A stretch of DNA of 64,000 nt from Octopus bimaculoides. Its lineage: Eukaryota. Location: NCBI RefSeq assembly GCF_001194135.2, contig NC_068994.1, positions 57,353,194 to 57,417,193 on the forward strand, in the 5' to 3' direction. The notes beneath the pieces were generated by a model, which saw nothing but the letters and a program-made list of their open reading frames with translations, had not been told where the DNA came from and did not search any database. The position numbers were made by a program, and so were the translations under genes. Below are positions 25,506 through 39,762 of this stretch, piece after piece; positions within the stretch are counted from its first letter, which is position 1, and each line of letters opens with the position of its first letter.

Positions 25506-26210
25506 GTCTCGATATACGACTGAATTCGTAACCGGAGAACGATCGTAAAGCGAAAACTCGTGAGCAGAAAATAAAACTTGTAAAAGCTTGTAAATCCAGG
25601 CGAAATATATGTATTGTATATGTATATACAATACATATGTATTGTATATGCATATACACATCCAGTATCTAACTCCGTTGTAACTCTGAGTTTCACCTTT
25701 CTTGTTGCACATACACACACAAACTACCCACACATGCTCACACGCATTTTCTCCTTAAGTTTCAGCATTCCCTCAAAGGAGATTATAACATTAAAATGCC
25801 TGGAGAAGCTCAAATACTTCCCACTCCACCATTGTTGTATCTCCACAAACAGAACACTCTCCCCTTGTCTAGTCTTAATACACACACTCGGTTCACGTAT
25901 CTTGTTTCTTTGTCCTTATGGAAATTAACCCGGTTGAGCGCGGCCAGATGCAAGTGAATACGGTCTACTGATGACATGCAAAAAGAAGGGAGCACGTCTG
26001 TTGCCTCACCAGACGGTTACATATAAACAAGGAGCTCTCCTGTCGTATTGTCTCCCTTTTCTAAATATTGGGATGAAGTGATTCTACGCACGTTATCATT
26101 CTTACTTACTCGTCATTTATTACTTGGACACCCTCTTAAGAAGTAATTCGTCTTCCCGTTGCAGCGATCATCTGAGCTTATTGAATTTTCTCCGCTCACT
26201 ATACACACAA

Positions 26211-26241
<31 letters not shown>

Positions 26242-26535
26242 AAGGAAAAAAATCATTTTAGAGAGTAAAATGGTACTAACCTCTTGGAAGGACTTTCACA
26301 AATTGTGTGTAGGCTTTAATAAATGTGCAAGTACTTTCAATTCTCAATGAATTTGTGAAATGCCTTCCTAAAGATTAGTAGAAGTCTACTCTCTAAAAAG
26401 TTTTTTTTTTCTTAATCTTAACTTTTTGAAAAAAATCTTTCTTTAAATATGATAACTGTATCAAGTAACTTCCTAAATATGTACACATACATACACACAT
26501 CGACACATACGCACTCACACAGACACACATATATG

Positions 26536-26595
26536 TGCAGGCGTAGCTGTGTAATAAGAAGTTTGCTTCCCAACCACATGGTTTCCGGGTCCAGT
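26536..26595 (+). mobile_element. SINE family B head fragment
   Basis: gcaggcgtagctgtgtaataagaagtttgcttcccaaccacatggtttccgggtccagt. Confidence 0.85.
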
Positions 26596-27920
26596 GTGTG
26601 TGTATTATATATCTCCTAGTGTGTGTATATTATATATCTCCCAGAATTAATTATGCATGCTATCTCATTAATATTTTCTACAACAGAATAGTAGGCTATT
26701 GGTAAAGCATTTAAGGTTGTCTTAGAGGAATAATTCCTAAGGGAACCAACAATCCTTTCGCACTTTTTCACGTAAGACTTCCTTAACAAAACCGCGCAGT
26801 CGGTCTGAGCTGAATAACTAAACCTTTGCTATTAAAACGAGATCAAATACATTTGATAAATGAAAAGTATTTCATAAATACATAAATTTAAAAAATATTC
26901 TAAACAGAGAAGAGCATTTCCTGTCGATATGTTATTTATTAATTTTATATTTATTTCCCCTCACTTCCAACATTAATAATATTGTTTACCTGGAAACTTT
27001 ACGATCGAATAGCGTTTTTCATTTAAAAGTCTGTNNNNNNNNNNNNNNNNNNNNNNNNNNNNNNNNNNNNNNNNNNNNNNNNNNNNNNNNNNNNNNNNNN
27101 NNNNNNNNNNNNNNNNNNNNNNNNNNNNNNNNNNNNNNNNNNNNNNNNNNNNNNNNNNNNNNNNNNNNNNNNNNNNNNNNNNNNNNNNNNNNNNNNNNNN
27201 NNNNNNNNNNNNNNNNNNNNNNNNNNNNNNNNNNNNNNNNNNNNNNNNNNNNNNNNNNNNNNNNNNNNNNNNNNNNNNNNNNNNNNNNNNNNNNNNNNNN
27301 NNNNNNNNNNNNNNNNNNNNNNNNNNNNNNNNNNNNNNNNNNNNNNNNNNNNNNNNNNNNNNNNNNNNNNNNNNNNNNNNNNNNNNNNNNNNNNNNNNNN
27401 NNNNNNNNNNNNNNNNNNNNNNNNNNNNNNNNNNNNNNNNNNNNNNNNNNNNNNNNNNNNNNNNNNNNNNNNNNNNNNNNNNNNNNNNNNNNNNNNNNNN
27501 NNNNNNNNNNNNNNNNNNNNNNNNNNNNNNNNNNNNNNNNNNNNNNNNNNNNNNNNNNNNNNNNNNNNNNNNNNNNNNNNNNNNNNNNNNNNNNNNNNNN
27601 NNNNNNNNNNNNNNNNNNNNNNNNNNNNNNNNNNNNNNNNNNNNNNNNNNNNNNNNNNNNNNNNNNNNNNNNNNNNNNNNNNNNNNNNNNNNNNNNNNNN
27701 NNNNNNNNNNNNNNNNNNNNNNNNNNNNNNNNNNNNNNNNNNNNNNNNNNNNNNNNNNNNNNNNNNNNNNNNNNNNNNNNNNNNNNNNNNNNNNNNNNNN
27801 NNNNNNNNNNNNNNNNNNNNNNNNNNNNNNNNNNNNNNNNNNNNNNNNNNNNNNNNNNNNNNNNNNNNCATCATATGTATCTATGTATATGTGTTTATAT
27901 GTATACACTTATATTAAGCG

Positions 27921-27951
<31 letters not shown>

Positions 27952-29244
27952 GTGTGTGTATGTATGTATGTATGTATGTATGTATACGTGGGCAAGTGAA
28001 TATGAATATAGGCATAGTCGTTTCGTTTCTCTGCACAATCAGTTCAAATGCTTCCGCCGAAAGAAATTTCAATTTTAACCTCTTCACGCTCAGTACGTTA
28101 GTATCACTCCAAACTGGTGAATTAGAGGAACTTTTAAAACCTCGGAAGAGATGCAACACACTTAATTTCAAGTCATAAACCCTATGAAACCGCAGTTCAC
28201 ATACTTGTTATTTTACAAATATCAAGGTTTAACATCATTTTAAAAATAATTTCCTAATCAAGCTCTTCATTTTTATACTGTGTGTTTATTTTACGCATTT
28301 TAACAAATAAATTTTTCAAGATTTTTTCCTTCGATTTTTCAATCTTACCTAGAGCTAGGTTAGAATTCGCTAATATTGTTAATTTTTTTTTTTTTTATCT
28401 ATAATTGATTTATTAATGATTTAGCAATGAAATCGATACCTTAGAACTGAGAGCTTGGAAATATATATACGAGAGTACCAAAGTGTAGACAACTGAACTG
28501 TATTCAACCTACTGTGGATGGTAAAAGTTACATGGCAACAGCTAGATATAAAGAACAGGTAAAAACCACAGCCTCACTGCTCCTAATGTCTTCTATGTAG
28601 CTACACCTTAGCAGCAACTCGCAAAAATCCGCCGCTCACAGCCTGCTAAAGACTTCAATAATTATGTTTGAGCAACAAATTATAAATTTCCAGCTGTACG
28701 CAAAACTTTGTGCAACTAGAAATAATTAATAAGAGACACGCTAAGCGGTGAGGATTAAGATAAGACTGTGTACTGTTATACTTAACACGTTCGTAATGAT
28801 AGATTTGTTATCTGCGGTTGATAAGGCATATCAATGTAGGAACGCGAATGCTGTAGTCAGATGACGTCTTTCATGGTTCAACGCGATGTGTTTTCACACA
28901 CATTGTCTGAAAGGAGAATTTCTCTCCAGATAGACTTTTCGCAACAATGGTATTTTATACAAATGTGTTAAATATAAATGCACCTAGCTTATTTAAAACA
29001 TCACTGCTTAGCCTACATCTAATTAAAAATATTATAACCTACTTCTTTAATATCTAATATCGCTGATGTTATAACACAAACAATTTTACAGCTCCTAACA
29101 TCACATCAATTCGACAAAAATAGAAAATTCAGTAACAACGTTTAAAGTCACGTTAGCGACACCAGATGTATACTAACATGCAATTCCAAACCCAAGGACT
29201 GGTATTCGGGGGAGGGGGATAATCTATCATCAGCATATCCCTTG

Positions 29245-29626
29245 GTGGCTGACGATATGTGCATCTCTGATCACGAGCAGAAGTAGTTGGGGAGCATCAT
29301 AGCCATGTGTTGAAAGGAATTCTTTGGGGTTTAGATAATTCACCTTTGGAAACGTGGGTGTTTTGTTCAACAACCTTAAACAACACTTATTCAGGGACCT
29401 TTTGAGCGGGATGGGCTACTCAACCTGAAGAAGAAAATTCTAACTAGACCACCACCTACAAGGTCATGCGTTGTTTATCTTGATATGAGATCACCATGTC
29501 GTGTACATATGGTTGTGATGCATGTGCCTGGTGTACCCTTATCAGACGAGTTGTCATGATGGGTATAGAGAGCTTCGTATATTTTACCCCAGTGTTACTT
29601 TGATGGCATGCACTGCTCTCTCACTC

Positions 29627-29650
<24 letters not shown>
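29245..29650 (+). mobile_element. Family D retroposon with (AAT)n tail
   Basis: About 380-bp unique body ending ...gcactgctctctcactc(aat)n. 5' part matches rc of 7185-7260. Confidence 0.8.
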
Positions 29651-29664
<14 letters not shown>

Positions 29665-30567
29665 TAATAGGTACTGGTTTAGAGGAGTGAATAACTTCAA
29701 TGGTTTACAATGCGAGAAGCAAAATTCGCCACAATCTTATTTTAAGTTGAACAATGGTACAGAACTGATCTTCGTTCTGTGAGACACCACCCTTCCAATC
29801 AACCCCATTACCATTCCATTAAATTAATCGATGGAAGAAGTTTTCTGTTATTTTCACGATTCATTAAGCAAATAGTAATTACTCTATCTGCCGGAAACAC
29901 TATTAATCATACACACAACGTTAAGGTTTTCTGGAAGTGCATTTACAGATTCAGGTTTTGTGAGATCAAATTTTAATTATGTCAACTAGAACTTTCCCAG
30001 CTGCGAATTGATAAAATGTATTTCTATTTAATAATTGCAAAGTAAATATTAGAAGGCCTTGTTTTGCGGTAAACAACATACAGGTTTCATTTCAATAGAA
30101 ATCAAACATACAGACAGAGAGACACACACACACAGATACACGCGCCTACTCATCTCTGTGAGTACGTATGTGTCCACATATTGTTGAAATGAAATATCAC
30201 AAATACATATATGATTCTAACTATGCTCAATAATTTATATAATTTAAGTTGCTCCATCATGGTCACTCTCTTATTAATAAAATCTCTAAAGGACTAAAAA
30301 TCGAACAGAAAATTCAACGTGATTTGACGCTTGGGTTTACTGCGTCTGGGTGGTCATTTTGTGGATTACATTGGTTTTCTCTTCATGTCGTTTATATTTG
30401 AAATCTCAACGGAGTTTAATGCGAGTCGAGGAATGTCTTTCAATTGCTAGTTTCTCGTCTATGGTCGCAGGTCTCGTCGACGATTGCAGCGACAGTCAAA
30501 CTGATGGGTTTCCCAGAGCAAGTTTCATAAAAGTATAATTTGTTCTGCGAAATCAGAATTCCAATGA

Positions 30568-30787
30568 CTCTTTTATTCTCTTGCTTTTTTACTTGTTTCG
30601 GTCATTTGACTGCAACCATGCTGGAGCACTGCCTTTAGTCGAACAAATCAACCCCAGGACTTATTCTTTGAAAGCCTAGTTCTCAGTCTATCGGTCTCTT
30701 TTGCCGAACCGCTAAGGTTACGGGGACGTAAACACACCAGCATCGCTTGTCAAGCGATGGTGGGCGAACAAACACAGACACACAAAC

Positions 30788-30821
<34 letters not shown>

Positions 30822-30990
30822 GTGTGTGTACATCAGGCTTCTTTCAGTCTCCGTCTACCAAATCCACTCATAAGGCTTTGGTCGACCTGCGGCTATAGCA
30901 GAAGACACTTGCCCAAGGAGCCACGCAGTAGGACTGAACCCGGAACCATGCGGTTGGGAAGCAAACTTCTTACCACACAACCACGCCTGC
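30568..30990 (-). mobile_element. SINE family B, full length with internal (AT/GT) microsatellite
   Basis: rc begins gcaggcgtggttgtgtggtaagaagtttgcttcc and ends ...ccagcatggttgcagtcaaatgaccgaaacaagtaaaaaagcaagagaat. Confidence 0.93.
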
Positions 30991-31339
30991 GCTTATACGA
31001 CGTATAATATTCTTATGCTTGCATTTCATTCCAGACTACCATCCTTCTTTCTAAGGATATTTCAGAGCTTCTGGATTTCTCCATGACCCTGGTAGAGTGG
31101 TTGACCGGTGCTTGCTTATTGTATATCTATAGGATATCACCTTATCTGCAAACAGGGTATTAAGTGGGATGCGTGTCAAGGTGAGAATGACTACATTAAT
31201 TTTCGTATGGGTTTCCATATTTTTTATCCGGAACATTCGTATTTGCAGTCATTCTTAAGACTGTGAACGAGGTATTTGCAAGTTGTTATTATATAAAATA
31301 TTTTCGTGATTTATAGGAAAATCGTTCAAAGTTATTAAA

Positions 31340-31560
31340 GACAGGGTACGTAGAAAAAAAAATGAGAACTCCTTATCACAAATTTAGCAGACAAAGTTCT
31401 GTGTAGCACCTGAGGTTGTTCTGTTTGGGAACTTGAAATCCCAGCTTTTACAACGCTCCACAAACTTTCAAGAAAATTTGGCCACATATTTTGTTGACAA
31501 TATCTGATTGACTGAGTTACTTTCATGTAAGCGTTAATGTTATTTTTCGCATCCCAAAAC
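31340..31560 (-). pseudogene. Possible Tc1/mariner transposase remnant
   Basis: AYMKVTQSIRYCQQNMWPNFLESLWSVVKA loosely resembles the WPxxSPDLNPxExxWSxxK region with a deletion. Confidence 0.3.
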
Positions 31561-32329
31561 TGACCCTGTTTTTATTGCGTTATTTTTGGCCGTTGTCCTG
31601 AGCTACAAAACCTAAAAGCAATAGTTCAAACTCAGTGGGGGCCTCGTTACTACAGCACCCATATCCCTTTGAACTTAGACTCTACCATTTTAAAAGAACA
31701 AGAACACAACATATTGGAAAATGTGATCTTGGAAGCAGACCACATAGAAAAGACACAGCATTGTCACTGCTAGAACTCCTGACATCATATATCTGCTGGG
31801 TGCCAGAGTTCTTTGGGTGGAACAATAGCAAAATTTACAAGTCTATTTTCCAAGTAAACAGTATCCATAAATAGATTTGTTTCAATGAAAAGACGAAACA
31901 TTTAAGGTTTACACCACCAGGCCAATGAGGCAATGTAGCATTGAATAGATGTTTAAACCAAAATAGGGAAATGGAAATTGTTGTGGATTTTTTATATTTT
32001 CCTTCGTATACAAATTGAACGCCACAAAGAATAAAACTCAATTCTAGGTTTAAATAAAAGCATTAAGTTCCTAATAACACGTACACAAAAGGGTGGGGAG
32101 GAAATTTTATAACGAAATATTCGATTATTCCGTTGAACTGTATGCAATTTCATGCGACACGCGTGCCAATTCCTTATTATCATATGACCTAAAAAATAGT
32201 GTATTTTATTGAAACTAAATATAGTTTTAAGTGGAAAGAATCGATGTTATCACGTGACAATTGTTAAAAGGAATTTACTTGAAATACATGAGAGTCTGCA
32301 TTGGCCACTATATATAAATATATATAAAT

Positions 32330-32418
32330 ATATATACATATATATATATATGTGTGTGTGTATGTATATACATGTATATATGTATATATATATATATATA
32401 TATATGTATGTACATATG

Positions 32419-32500
<82 letters not shown>
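32330..32500. repeat. (TA)n/(TATG)n tract
   Basis: Direct reading. Confidence 0.96.
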
Positions 32501-32984
32501 AAGCATTTTATATAGGTGGCGCTAGCTCGTCATTTGATTTATATATTCTGCTTTTCACATTCACTCTCTCCTCTCCTCGCGCCATCTCTCAATGTAAATT
32601 TTGTGATGTGTATGTGTGTGATGTGTATGCGTGTGTGTATGTGTGCGTGTGTGCGTGTGTGTGTGTGTTTATCTGTGTGTATATACATGAATATATGTAT
32701 ACTTATATATAAAATAGTTCTATATATCGAACCATTCTAAATCTATATCTCTCTCTCTCTCCCCTCTCTCTACACTTTCTATCCCCACTCTCTCCCCTCT
32801 CTCTTTCTCTTTCAATATTTATTTATATATCTATATCTAACTGTATAGGTATATCTAATGCAATATTTCTAACTCAAATTTATCTTAAGCTAGGACTGTT
32901 TAATATTTTAGCTGCAATTCGGATGTCCACGTTATACACCTTCTCCATTGGGTATAATATATCAGAATGTTGTGTGTGAGCGTG

Positions 32985-33069
<85 letters not shown>

Positions 33070-33419
33070 GAGTTAGTGGACAAACGAAAGAAGGGCACTC
33101 AACCAATTTATTGGGAGTTACAGGTAACTCCAATCGATATACACAAAAGTATATGAGCGCATCTACACACCCAAATATAGAACTATATACTTCCACATGC
33201 TGCTCCTTCCTAATTCCTCCCACCAAGAACCTGACCGATTTCAAGTCTATTTCCTATCCTCCACGTGGTCAATTTCCTGTTCGCCATGCACCGATTACCG
33301 CGTTCGGTAATCGGTGTGCATTTAAAGCCACTGAACAGTAATTTTACGAAACCGGTATGCCTTTGAATCTTTTTAACAATTCACAACAATGACAAAAATC
33401 GTCCGGTAAGGGCGCACTA

Positions 33420-33960
33420 TCTGTTATTAATTTCTATGTAATGCGCATCCTCAATGGCAGGTTTCCAGTCCCCACATATCAGTGAAATCTTACTGTCAAC
33501 TACATATACAACTGCTTAACTTATTTGAATGTGAATATTTGCGTGGAAGTTGTATTAACACCAAATGGCATTCTTCATATTGGCCGAACACTGCCAAATG
33601 TAAATATGCTTATTCTATTTTGGTTGTTAGCGGTTTTCAAGTCCGAAAATTGTGATTTCCAGCAGGCTTTGTACGAGGTGCTGTCTTGCTAAAACAACAA
33701 TAGAACTCTGATTTGTTGTGTCCATAGCTGATCCACAGTGAAGGGTTTCAAATTATAGTGTTTGCTGTTTTCCAAGCTTTAACTGATTTCTCTGATATTT
33801 CGTGCCTACCTCCAAATTAATCGGGCGCAAAATACTTCAAAAGACTCTATTATATAAATTGCAACAAGTATTTGAATCTTTTCATCGTAGTCAATGATAT
33901 CAATGATATAATTGAAGGTTGTTGGTGTTAGGTAATTAATAAGAATAGAGAGTCTGTTGA
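33420..33960 (-). pseudogene. Possible Gypsy-type RT remnant
   Basis: FSDLKTANNQ..TFGSVRPI*RMPFGVNTTSTQIF resembles the FSKLDLxxAY..RMPFG segment. Otherwise full of stops. Confidence 0.3.
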
Positions 33961-34959
33961 GAGAATAAGACGTAATGGATCTGAGAAATGTCAAAAGAAA
34001 TTGAACTGAATAACTAGAGATTGTCTTTACTCAGTAGGATCAATTTAGAAGTGGTAGAAATATAGGGAAAACATATATGATATCTAATGTGATGACACTT
34101 CGAAACTATTCTGGAGACGAAAACTGCAATCGTCTACTGCGCATGCGAATATATTACGTAACAGTTATATATTCCATCCCGAGCACTTATTTACGGGAGA
34201 CCCATTTTGTGGTTTAGAAAATCCAAAGTTTGTGATGTTTTACCAGCTTCGAACCTGCCAGCCGACAGCCCAGCAAAGCTTAGATCACTATTAAGTGTTA
34301 AATTGATTTTGCTCCTCTTTTATAAAAAGCATAAACCAAAATATCTTTAAAAGTACGGAAATTCATGCTATTTTTTACGGCATTTAAATTGTTGTGTATT
34401 TAGTTTATTAAGAAACTTTGAGTAAGACAAAGAAATCTTGTCCAAGACATATATTTATGGCTTTTAATGACGTTTATTTACAAAATGTATCATTCTTTTA
34501 TGATTCTATTTTGTAATTTTTTATATGTCTTATCAATAAATACTCGTTGAGTAAATATTTCTGGGGTTGAATGACTGTTTTTTCAGCAGGCAAACACAGG
34601 ACTATTTCTGATTAATAAGAAACGTCGATGGAACCATTCTTTAATTCTCGTATTTCACCAAAAGAATAAACCATAAGACATTTACATTAATCTAATAACA
34701 AAAACAGAACAATAAAAAACAAAAACAAAAACAAACTCCAAAAGCAACATAAATGCTTTTGAGTCGGTTAGATAAATCATTTCATCCAACTTTTTCTTGT
34801 TCTTCTTGTTGCTGGTGTTTTTGTAGCGTTAGGTTTGTAAAAAAAAAAAAATGACTTCGTAACACAAAACCATCCAATCATTCCGCATAGATTCACAAAT
34901 ACATTTGCATTTCACACACGCATGTTTCAAAAGTATATACATATGCACTCAATATACAT

Positions 34960-34994
<35 letters not shown>

Positions 34995-35092
34995 CGTACA
35001 CACACGTATACGTACATACATACATACATATATGTACATATATATATATATAATTATATATATGATTACACATACATATATACATATACATA

Positions 35093-35145
<53 letters not shown>

Positions 35146-36369
35146 TGCGTAAATACATACTATACAGAAAATCTCAAACTTGTACATAATATATATGTAT
35201 GGGTGTGCGTGTGTACGTATATATGTACTGGAGTATGTGTATGTCTGTTTGGTAATGTTGTAGACAAGGAAAAGGAATTCATTCTGGTGATTTGTCTGAG
35301 ATTTCAAATGACCTTCCTTCATTATCAAAGTTTCTTTTACTCCCCTTTCATTATTCCTTATTTTCTAATGAATGGTTTTCTGAAAAGCTTCGTTGTGACT
35401 GATGTTGCAAATAGTGTCGTTGTGACCCCTGTTTATTGTGTTGAATTTGTTTAATGGATAAAATCTTTTTAGCTGTAGTTAACAATTACCAAGTGAGCTG
35501 AAAAATTTAGAAGAATTTTATCCCATTTTAAATTTGTTTATGTAAAAACATAGGGAAATAAATTTGTTTTTTATCAATAATATCAATGTCTGTGTGTTGA
35601 TAGCATAAGAACTGACTTGCCCATTCTACTTTAGGTTATCAAGTAATGTCTAAAAATACGACATATGACATGTAGTTAAGACGTTCACTTCGTAATCATG
35701 TAGCAACAGGTCTGATCTCGTTGTGCCGTATCTCAAAAAGGTATCATTGACTGTAAAGTCGTGTCGAACTGTGTTTTATGAGTGAAACTGGATTGACAAA
35801 ACTACGAAGAGGTAGGTCAGTAAATTATTTATGTTCTTTTCTGGCTCTCGGGTGACACTCCAAACATTTTTTTTTTCAACTTATCCTTGCATTTGGTTTT
35901 TAAACTTCATGGAAGACAGGTCATGCTAAGAACAGTGCTCTCAGGAAATTGTTTTTTAAGCAATATATTCAAGGCATTTTTTAAACGCTTCCAATCCAAA
36001 ATTTTTGTCTCTCTGAACTAAGTCAAAAGACAAAGCGGCTGATACTTAAACGAAATATACTTAGTTCCATGCATACAATGTGCTAACAGTTTAGTTTTAT
36101 TGTTTAAATCGTTAATAGACTGCATCCTCTGTTAAAGTGATGCCAAGTCTGTCATGGCTGTAAGCTGAAACTTCTTAGAGTCAAAGACAGCTGACCTTTC
36201 CTTGTGACATTTGTGGCATTGCACGTATGTGACAATGAAACACACCCACTTCGTACCTTCATCCACACAATAGGTAGAGTATAGGCTGAAGCAGTTGTGA
36301 TGTTCTGATTCTCTATAGGAAGCGGCCCCTGTTGCAGTGCTGTATCTTAGAAGTCATTATCTTCCTTAA

Positions 36370-36592
36370 CCGTTTAGCATTTAAACCGGTCATCTCCAAC
36401 CCAAATATTCTACCTGTTTTATCTTCAAACTGGCCAGATTTGGCCTTTCATATTTACCCTACAATGTCATTTTAAAATAAATAATCGTAGCGTTAAAGTT
36501 ACAAAGTTATGATATAATCAGATAACGATTAATTTTAAATAATGCAAATAAATAAGCCTTAAATTTGACAAAATAATCTGAACGCTAAAGGG
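36370..36592. mobile_element. piggyBac-type MITE
   Basis: TTAA on both sides (36366-36369, 36593-36596). Imperfect TIRs ccgtttagcattta / tgaacgctaaaggg. 223 bp, non-coding. Confidence 0.8.
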
Positions 36593-36759
36593 TTAATCCC
36601 CAATGAACGAACTTAAGACATCTGTTTTCTTCGCCTTTTCTTTCTTGATTCTCTCTTTCTTTGTTTATGTATTAGCAGTTGCTCAGCCGTCACCAAATTG
36701 GATAGACGTGCTTTCAATACATGTACCTGTATAGGTATGCTTGTGGGACTAACTCCTGC

Positions 36760-36905
36760 CCAGTTTTCCGATTATTAAGCCTCACACTTCCGGTATTGGC
36801 TAACATAGTAAAAGACACTTGTTCAAATTGTTTCGCCATGCAATCGAACTTGGGCCCTTATCTTTGAGAAGCGAAGTTCATAACCACACATTCACGCCTG
36901 CGCCG
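36760..36905 (-). mobile_element. Diverged SINE family B subfamily
   Basis: cgccatgcaatcgaacttggg...gagaagcgaagttcataaccacac closely matches 38675-38750. Confidence 0.7.
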
Positions 36906-36939
36906 ATATGTGTGTTCGACAAGTCAACAAACGACCTCA

Positions 36940-36944
36940 CTCTC

Positions 36945-37005
<61 letters not shown>
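36940..37005. repeat. (CT)n microsatellite
   Basis: Direct reading. Confidence 0.97.
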
Positions 37006-37009
<4 letters not shown>

Positions 37010-38516
37010 TTCTCTCTTTCTCTTTCATATTCCCTCTCTTACGCATTCACTCACTCTTTGTCTCTATTTCTCTGTCTATCTCTGTCCTGTTTTCATCATA
37101 ACATTAGATTCCCTTCAATATCGCTTGCTTCCCATCCCAGTTCTAATACGCAGTTTCTTTAGGGGCTATTGTGTCTCCATACAAAGGGAGAAAGAAGTTA
37201 AATACTCCTTCTACAACATAAACCATAATTATGTACTTCATCTCATAATGCATTAGTCTTATTCAAACTGTAGTCTGCCTTCCTATCGCCCTAATACGAG
37301 GCCGTAACAGAAGCATTCTGTAAATTCTATGTAGTTATGTAGTTATCTAGTCTATTTTCATTGTCTGCTTTCCTCTTTCTCTTTCCCCCTCTGTCCCTCT
37401 TCCTTTCTCTTCATCCCAGTTTTATTATTATAATATATCCGCTATTGTTTTAAGGGAATATTTAATGATAGCAATATTAAGATATCACATTTAGAATTGT
37501 CTTCTGTGTAACGTCTCCACCATTTTAAAAAATACTTTTATACAATACTATTTATTGTATTGTTTGTTACACTAATCACAAGTATTACCACTGTATAATT
37601 ATGATTCCCTGTTGCCCGGAGAAATGACAGGATTCAGAAAACGTAGCGGTTTTACTTGTATTTTTATTTATTATTTTGCAAAAAGGTTTGGCTGTTTGAT
37701 ACTTATTTATTAACTTTCAGTCTGCATTGATCAGAGAGTTATTCCAGAATAAACCAGATCTGATTTGTAAAGACTAGATATATCTTTTGTTCCCGTTGTA
37801 CAGAAAAGTTAACTTATATTTTCTGTTATGTTAAAAGTGCAAGCTGTGGACGTATATAACGAAAATGCTCAAACTGATCTAACATTGACCATTATTATTG
37901 TAATCATCGCAGATCGCTAATACAATGAAAGGATTACAAGAATGAAGTGGCATTTGCTTTATATATTTCATACATTAAGGACCATACATACATACATACA
38001 TACATACATACATACATACATAATTGTGTACTTGCTTGCATTTGCCTCTACGTATGTAGAGCTATGTATAGACTTATGTATAGACACTTCTATGTATGCA
38101 AATATTTATGTGTGCGTTTTTCTGTTGCTTATTGAAACTTAAGTCTTTGCATTGACAGCTTACCCGCGTAGTTCTTTTCGTCATCCTTTACCATTCTCCC
38201 ATTGTTCTTCTGTTTCCTCGACCTTGAATATGTTGTTCATCTTTATTTGTTGTCACTTTTTTTCTCCCTCACACGATTCCAAATTGCTGTGGCTTCTACA
38301 TCCTGCCTTATGAGGAGATAGAACCGAGATCTCCAGATTTGGTTTCGACTATACTATATTCGAATCAGCTCCCTCAAACAAGGACACATCTGATAATAAA
38401 TTCCAAGAGAAATTTGCTAAAAATATTTACCAATCAGCCCTCAAATTAAACATAAGTATCTTAAAAACAGAATGGCACGTCTATAAATGAGAAATACGAG
38501 CAAGCTGGGAGGGAGG

Positions 38517-38752
38517 TTTGCAGCATTTTGTTTGTCTTTACGCTCTGCGATCAAATTCTGCCCCGGTCGACATTGCCTTTCATATTTTCGGGGTTGATAA
38601 GATAAGTACCAACTGTGCACTGGGGGCGATGCAATCGACCTGCCGACATGGCAGAAGCCAATTGTCTAAATTGTCTCGCCATGCAATCGAATTTTGGCCT
38701 CTGTGTTTGAGAAGCGAACTTCATAACCACAAATTCATGTCTTCGCCGATGA
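38517..38752. mobile_element. SINE A (+, 38517-38640) joined tail-to-tail with SINE B head (-, 38665-38752)
   Basis: ggtcgacattgcctttcatattttcggggttgataag core followed by rc of the family B head. Confidence 0.75.
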
Positions 38753-38989
38753 CACGTGCCAAAATTTGAGACCAACATATTTTCCAATTAAAGGTAAGAT
38801 ACTCGGGATTGGAAAGTATTTGAACACAGGCCTTCGTGATTCAGGACTGACAAAGGTTTAAACAACAACAACATCAACAGCGGTCGTTGCATGTCAAACT
38901 TCGCACCAATAGACAACCATAGAATACATAGAAATGTATGTAAAGCCAGTCGGGTCATGTTCGCTACTAAGACAGCGACACAGCCCCTA

Positions 38990-39702
38990 CCTCTCCAATG
39001 AATACCATTATTTTCATTACCCCTACCACCAACACTGCCACTCCTACCATGCCCAACCCAGTCCCTAACGTCGTTGTTTCCTTTGTTATGACCACCAGCA
39101 CACAAACGCCAATCACCACCACTACCACCGCCACCACTACCGCCACTCACTTCAGTCACAACATCACGCACATTGTCACCACATACTGTCAGCTGAACTA
39201 ATTTGACCATTTTTCAACCAGTAAACCTCACTCCCCGCGCCCCAAACCATCACCACCATTAATACTAGCGCCGAAACTTCAACTACGCCAAAGCATAACA
39301 CCCAGCCAAACGACTAATACCATTTGCCATACATGTAGGATCCTTCCTCCCGTGATGGATACATGCATGGGCTCATATGCACACACACACATGTACACAC
39401 ACACAGTCATCTGCGAGCACACACATACATAACCTCACACACGCAAACACACACATAATCACACACTTACACACATACTTAAGTCGCCATTACTACACTA
39501 TTGCCCAAAGCCATGATCCACGCAGTTTTCAATCGGGAAAATTTGCCTACCAACACTTAAAACCACCACTACTACTACCACCACTACTACTATCACCACC
39601 ACCACCACAACAACAAAAACAACAAACACGTCTACAACAACAACAACAGCAACAGCTCCANNNNNNNNNNCACCACAACTACCACCACCACTACCACTAC
39701 TA

Positions 39703-39762
<60 letters not shown>

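Noticed and set aside
38998-39201. Thr-rich mucin-like ORF, and the similar Val/Gly-rich ORFs at 45004-45992
   Set aside because: Products of degenerate ACC/GGT repeats. No splice signals or non-repetitive domain support.
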